A DNA stretch of 64,000 bases. It comes from Tubulanus polymorphus. Lineage: Eukaryota > Animalia > Nemertea. The stretch lies in contig NC_134029.1 in assembly GCF_964204645.1 (NCBI RefSeq), positions 10,380,850 through 10,444,849 on the forward strand, written 5' to 3'. Below, one piece after another: positions 60,061-64,000 of this stretch. The position numbers and the translations under genes were made by a program. The notes under the pieces were generated by a model. It was not told where the DNA came from. It made no database searches and saw nothing but the letters and a program-made list of their open reading frames with translations. Within the stretch, counting starts at the first letter, position 1, and each line of letters starts with the position of its first letter.

Positions 60061-62059
60061 ATTGTTATGTAATATAGTTATTTTCTGGACGAGGACGTCC
60101 AGATCTGGAGGGGGGGTAGTGTAGCGTTTGTGCAATCGTATTTATTAAAATGTATTAAATCGAATTGAATTGAATAATATGTAGAATTTTCGTGTATTGA
60201 TATTGTAGCGTCTATGCAATTGTATGTATTTATTCAAATGTATTGAATTGAATTGAATGGAATAATATTTAGAGGGGGGCGGGATAGGTTTGTTAGATGT
60301 TACTCTATTTACTTTTGTTGAATTTAAGATGTATACTGTATATAGATATTGTGTATTGATATGTTGTATAGATGGGGGGTGGGATCACTTACTTAAAATG
60401 TGTATTTTTAACCGGCTAAGTATCCGTAAATTTTAATCAGGCTGGTAGTGTCCGTGGCACGCGAGTGGCGGCGCTATCAGCTGGTGTGTCGGTTGTCATG
60501 TCAGTTGTTGGGCTAGCGGGGTGGGGTTACCAGGCTGAGCTGCCCGTTGTCATGCTGAGATGCTGGGGTCAACCGATTATCATTATTTAACAATATTAAC
60601 TGTTTTACCGGTCGTATTGACTCCCATCATTTCAGTTTGGCAGTTGACAGCCAGACTTGGTAAGCATCAGTTGATTCGTCGGTCAGCTCCGGTCTTTGAC
60701 CGGGCTGACCGACATTCACGTAATCGGTTCACTATTGATAATTAATAAGTCAGTCAGGTCGGCCGTCTCCTTTTTATCGTTTTCAACGACGATTGTGATT
60801 GACAGCTTGGATTTGTCTGAACTTCCATTAATTTACTCTTCGAACCGTATTTGCGTGATTTGATTGTCGATTCGAATTATATGATGATACGTTTACGTAA
60901 TAGGTTTTTGTTCTTTTACGAGATACTTAGACGGTAGATTCGATAAAGAAAAGAATAAGTTATATAGTAGAATCAACCTAATATTTATTCACTTTGAATT
61001 ATAATAAGAAAGTATGACTTTAATAAATTAATAATTAGATTCAGTATTTTATATGCGGCTTCAGACTAATCTATTGAGAATGGTCAGAACCTTAATAAGG
61101 ACTGAGGAAAAATTATTTATGATATCAGCTTTTTGACAAGATTGAAATGGTGGAGACGAATAGCAGAGGACTATTTAGTAGGGACTTTGAGCCTACAGCC
61201 CATAGGTGGGAGAATCTATGGTAGGATTTTGGACTGCCATTAGTATGAAGTGAGGGTTACGGGATTATTCTATAGACCGGTCGAATGTAGGGTAGATCCA
61301 GGTATAATTTGGGGTGGCCAACTCAATTATATGCTGTGGGCCTTACGGGCATGTAAGATACATGTTGCTGAGGATAACCGTATACCGGAAAATAGGCTAT
61401 TCGTGCTCGGTATGCACGATCTTAACATAGCAGACTATAATTTTCAAATCGTGGCTGTTTTATAGATTTATCTCTCTCGGTTTCTCATGAGGATCATCTC
61501 TTGCGGTGAAATATTATTTCCCTTTTTGGTTTCACTACCAGAAATCATTCGACGTAAGCGAACTCCGTAGCGGGCTTGGAAGACTTTAGATTTTACCTTC
61601 AAGACCTCCTGACATATTAGATGAATGACGATTGAAGCAGCAAATTGATGAGCAGAAGAATGACCGCCATATTAGAAGAGAGAGGGCAGCACCGTGTTGC
61701 CCCCGTTTTCCGCTACAAATTGTTGCGTTTATTAACGGACTCATTGGATTGAACTTCAAAACAAAATTTACGATATTTAGGTGGGTTGTTAAATTCAATA
61801 GGCCTACGACCAATCTGTCCGGATGTTAGGCCTACGCATATACATAGGCCTACATAGGCTAGTAGCCTCTACTAGGTTAAGCGTTCGCTGTAGGGGAATG
61901 GAGATCGTTCGCTGTGTCGCTTGAAGTGTTTATCGAGTTTTACGCGACCTTAAGGCTTTAGTATGGTGGCTGATAAGGGCCATGCGTAAAAAAACATGTA
62001 TATGCAAATGAGGGCGACATTATGACAAAACCACAAAACTAAAATAACGCGACAAAACA

Positions 62060-63280
62060 TTATTTCGGTTTTATCGCCCGCGACAACTCATTATTTTGAT
62101 CTTATCGCCCGCGACAATTCATTAATTTGGTTTTGTCACCCGCGACAAATCAATATTTTGGTTTTGTCGCCCACGACAATTCAATATTTTGGTTTTATCG
62201 CCCGCGACAATTCATTATTTTGGTTTTATCGCCCGCAACAATTCATTAGTTTGGTTTTGTCGCCCGCGACAATTCAATATTTTGGTTTTGTCGCCCGCGA
62301 CAATTCAAGATTTTGGTTTTATCGCCCGCGACAATTAAATATTTTGGTTTTATCGTCCGCGACAATTCATTAATTTGGTTTTGTCACCCGCGACAAATCA
62401 GTATTTTGGTTTTGTCGCCCACGACAATTCAACTTTTTGGTTTTATCGCCCGCGACAATTCATTGTTTTGGTTTTATCGCCCGCGACAATCCATTAATTT
62501 GGTTTTGTCACCCGCGACAAATCAATATTTTGGTTTTGTCCCCACGACAATTCAATATTTTGGTTTTATCGCCAGCGACAATTGATTATTTTGGTTTTAT
62601 CGCCCGGAACAATTGAGTATTTTGGTTTTATCGCCCGCGACAATTCATTAATTTGGTTTTGTCACCCGCGACAAATCAATATTTTGGTTTTGTCGCCCAC
62701 GACAATTCATTATTTTGGTTTTATCGCCTGCGACAATACATTGTTTTGGTTTTGTCGCACGCAACAATTCATAATTTTGGTTTTATCGCCCTCGACAATT
62801 TTTTTTTGTCCCGGTTTTATCGCCTGCGACAATTCATTATTTTGGTTTTATCGCCAGCGACAATTCATTATTTTGGTTTTGTCGCCCGCGACAATCCTTC
62901 TTTTTAGTTTTGTCGCCCGCGACAATTCATTATTTTGGTTTTATATTTTGTTTTTGTCGCCCGCAACAATTTTTTTTTTGGTTTTGGCGCCCGCGACAAT
63001 TTTTTTTTTGGTTTTGTCGCCCGCGACAATTCAATATTTTGGTTTTATCGCCCGCGATAATTCATCATTTTGGTTTTGTCGCCCGCGATAATTCATTATT
63101 TTGGTTTTATCACCCGCGACAATTCAATATTTTTGTTTTATCGCCCGCGACAATTCATAGTTTGGTTTTATCGCCCCCGACAATTCATTAGTTTGGTTTT
63201 GTCGCCCGTGACAATTCAATATTTTCGTTTTATCACCCGCGACAATTCATTAGTTTGGTTTTGTCGCCCGCGACAATTCT
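62060..63280. repeat. 31-bp minisatellite (~39 copies)
   Basis: Unit TTTTGGTTTTATCGCCCGCGACAATTCATTA; probably internal to a non-autonomous element starting near 61975. Confidence 0.95.
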
Positions 63281-64000
63281 TTTTCAGCCCACTTGGGACT
63301 TTAGTCCCAGCGGGCTATTGCGTTCACTTTTCGTCCGTCCGTCCGTCCATAGACGGAATCCAGTTATTTCGGGAAGTTTTGAAGACGCTTCAAGGTAATG
63401 TCTTGATATTTGGTGTATACATGTATCTACCCTAGACACATCGTCAGCCCAAAAACTGGCCCTGTCAGATTCAAGATGGTCGACTGGCAGCCATTGTTGT
63501 TTGCCATAATCAGCACTTTTTAAACATTTTCGAAGTTTTCGTGGGAAATTTTGAAGACGCTTTGATCAATTACCTTGATCTTTCGTTTATATTTGAATCT
63601 ACCAAAGGCCCATCAGCATAAGAAAATTGGGTCGATCTGACTCTAGATGGCCGTCCTATGATGTTTTTAGTGCCCAAAAATGTCAATTTTGGCCAGAATT
63701 CTAGGTCCTGTAGCTTCCTACTGGTTTGCCATTTCTCATTGCAATTGCTGATGGGTATTCTTTAGAGAGGGATGTTTTATACCTGGGACAGGTATTTTGA
63801 TCAGACAATTATGACGCAATTGGCGGCCATCTTGGTGTCATCAGTACTCATTCGTAGGTGGGAAAAAGTTTTTCCACATTAAATTGATACCTAAGCATAT
63901 TGTGTTACTATATTCAATTGGAAAGTTGTAGCCCATAACGTGTTCTATGATTTTGGTGAGTTTCAAGGTCATTGGTTTTTGTATGTGGCCATCAGGGGGC
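63281..64000 (+). mobile_element. Second copy of the HINE-like element (runs off the window)
   Basis: Colinear with 49758-50510, starting CAGCCCACTTGGGACTTTAGTCCCAGCGGGC. Confidence 0.88.

Larger units (their letters stand above)
53993..61717 (+). mobile_element. Young Ty3/Gypsy LTR retrotransposon, integrase truncated
   Basis: 1598-bp LTRs 53993-55590 and 60120-61717 (about five differences seen by eye); TSD AATT; PPT GGAGGGGGGGTAG 60107-60119. Confidence 0.98.

Noticed and set aside
54433-61465. Duplicated 61-aa and 71-aa ORFs
   Set aside because: Incidental ORFs within the two LTR copies
62158-63435. Hydrophobic repetitive ORFs
   Set aside because: Translation of the 31-bp minisatellite

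Overview
Repeat-dense animal genomic DNA (AT-rich, GT-AG introns; probably a marine invertebrate), almost entirely nested transposons. 5.9-21.7 kb is a nested stack: an RTE-X-like LINE split by an L2 LINE, which contains a MITE. That MITE carries a BEL/Pao LTR element (8256-20673, TSD CGATG), itself hit by a long-TIR DNA element (10536-12686) and a second, antisense BEL/Pao element (15879-19601, TSD GGTGC). Next come a CpG-rich palindromic module cluster, a Maverick/Polinton pPolB relic, an orphan LTR with PBS, and a decayed Ty3/Gypsy element with both an integrase chromodomain and an F-type env-like remnant. 33.5-46.7 kb is an intron-rich Ginger1-type DNA transposon (integrase, Ulp1 protease, PHD, C-terminal Zn finger). 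It contains nine tandem 60-nt exon/intron units and a 5-kb 171-bp satellite with an 8-mer higher-order repeat. The only clear host gene is exon 1 of an AtuA/DUF1446-family gene (47157-47337). Its presumed first intron holds a MULE fragment, two Helentron-type elements with CTCF-like motifs, a young Gypsy element (53993-61717, TSD AATT) and a 31-bp minisatellite. All family calls are from motif recognition by eye; no database search was run.
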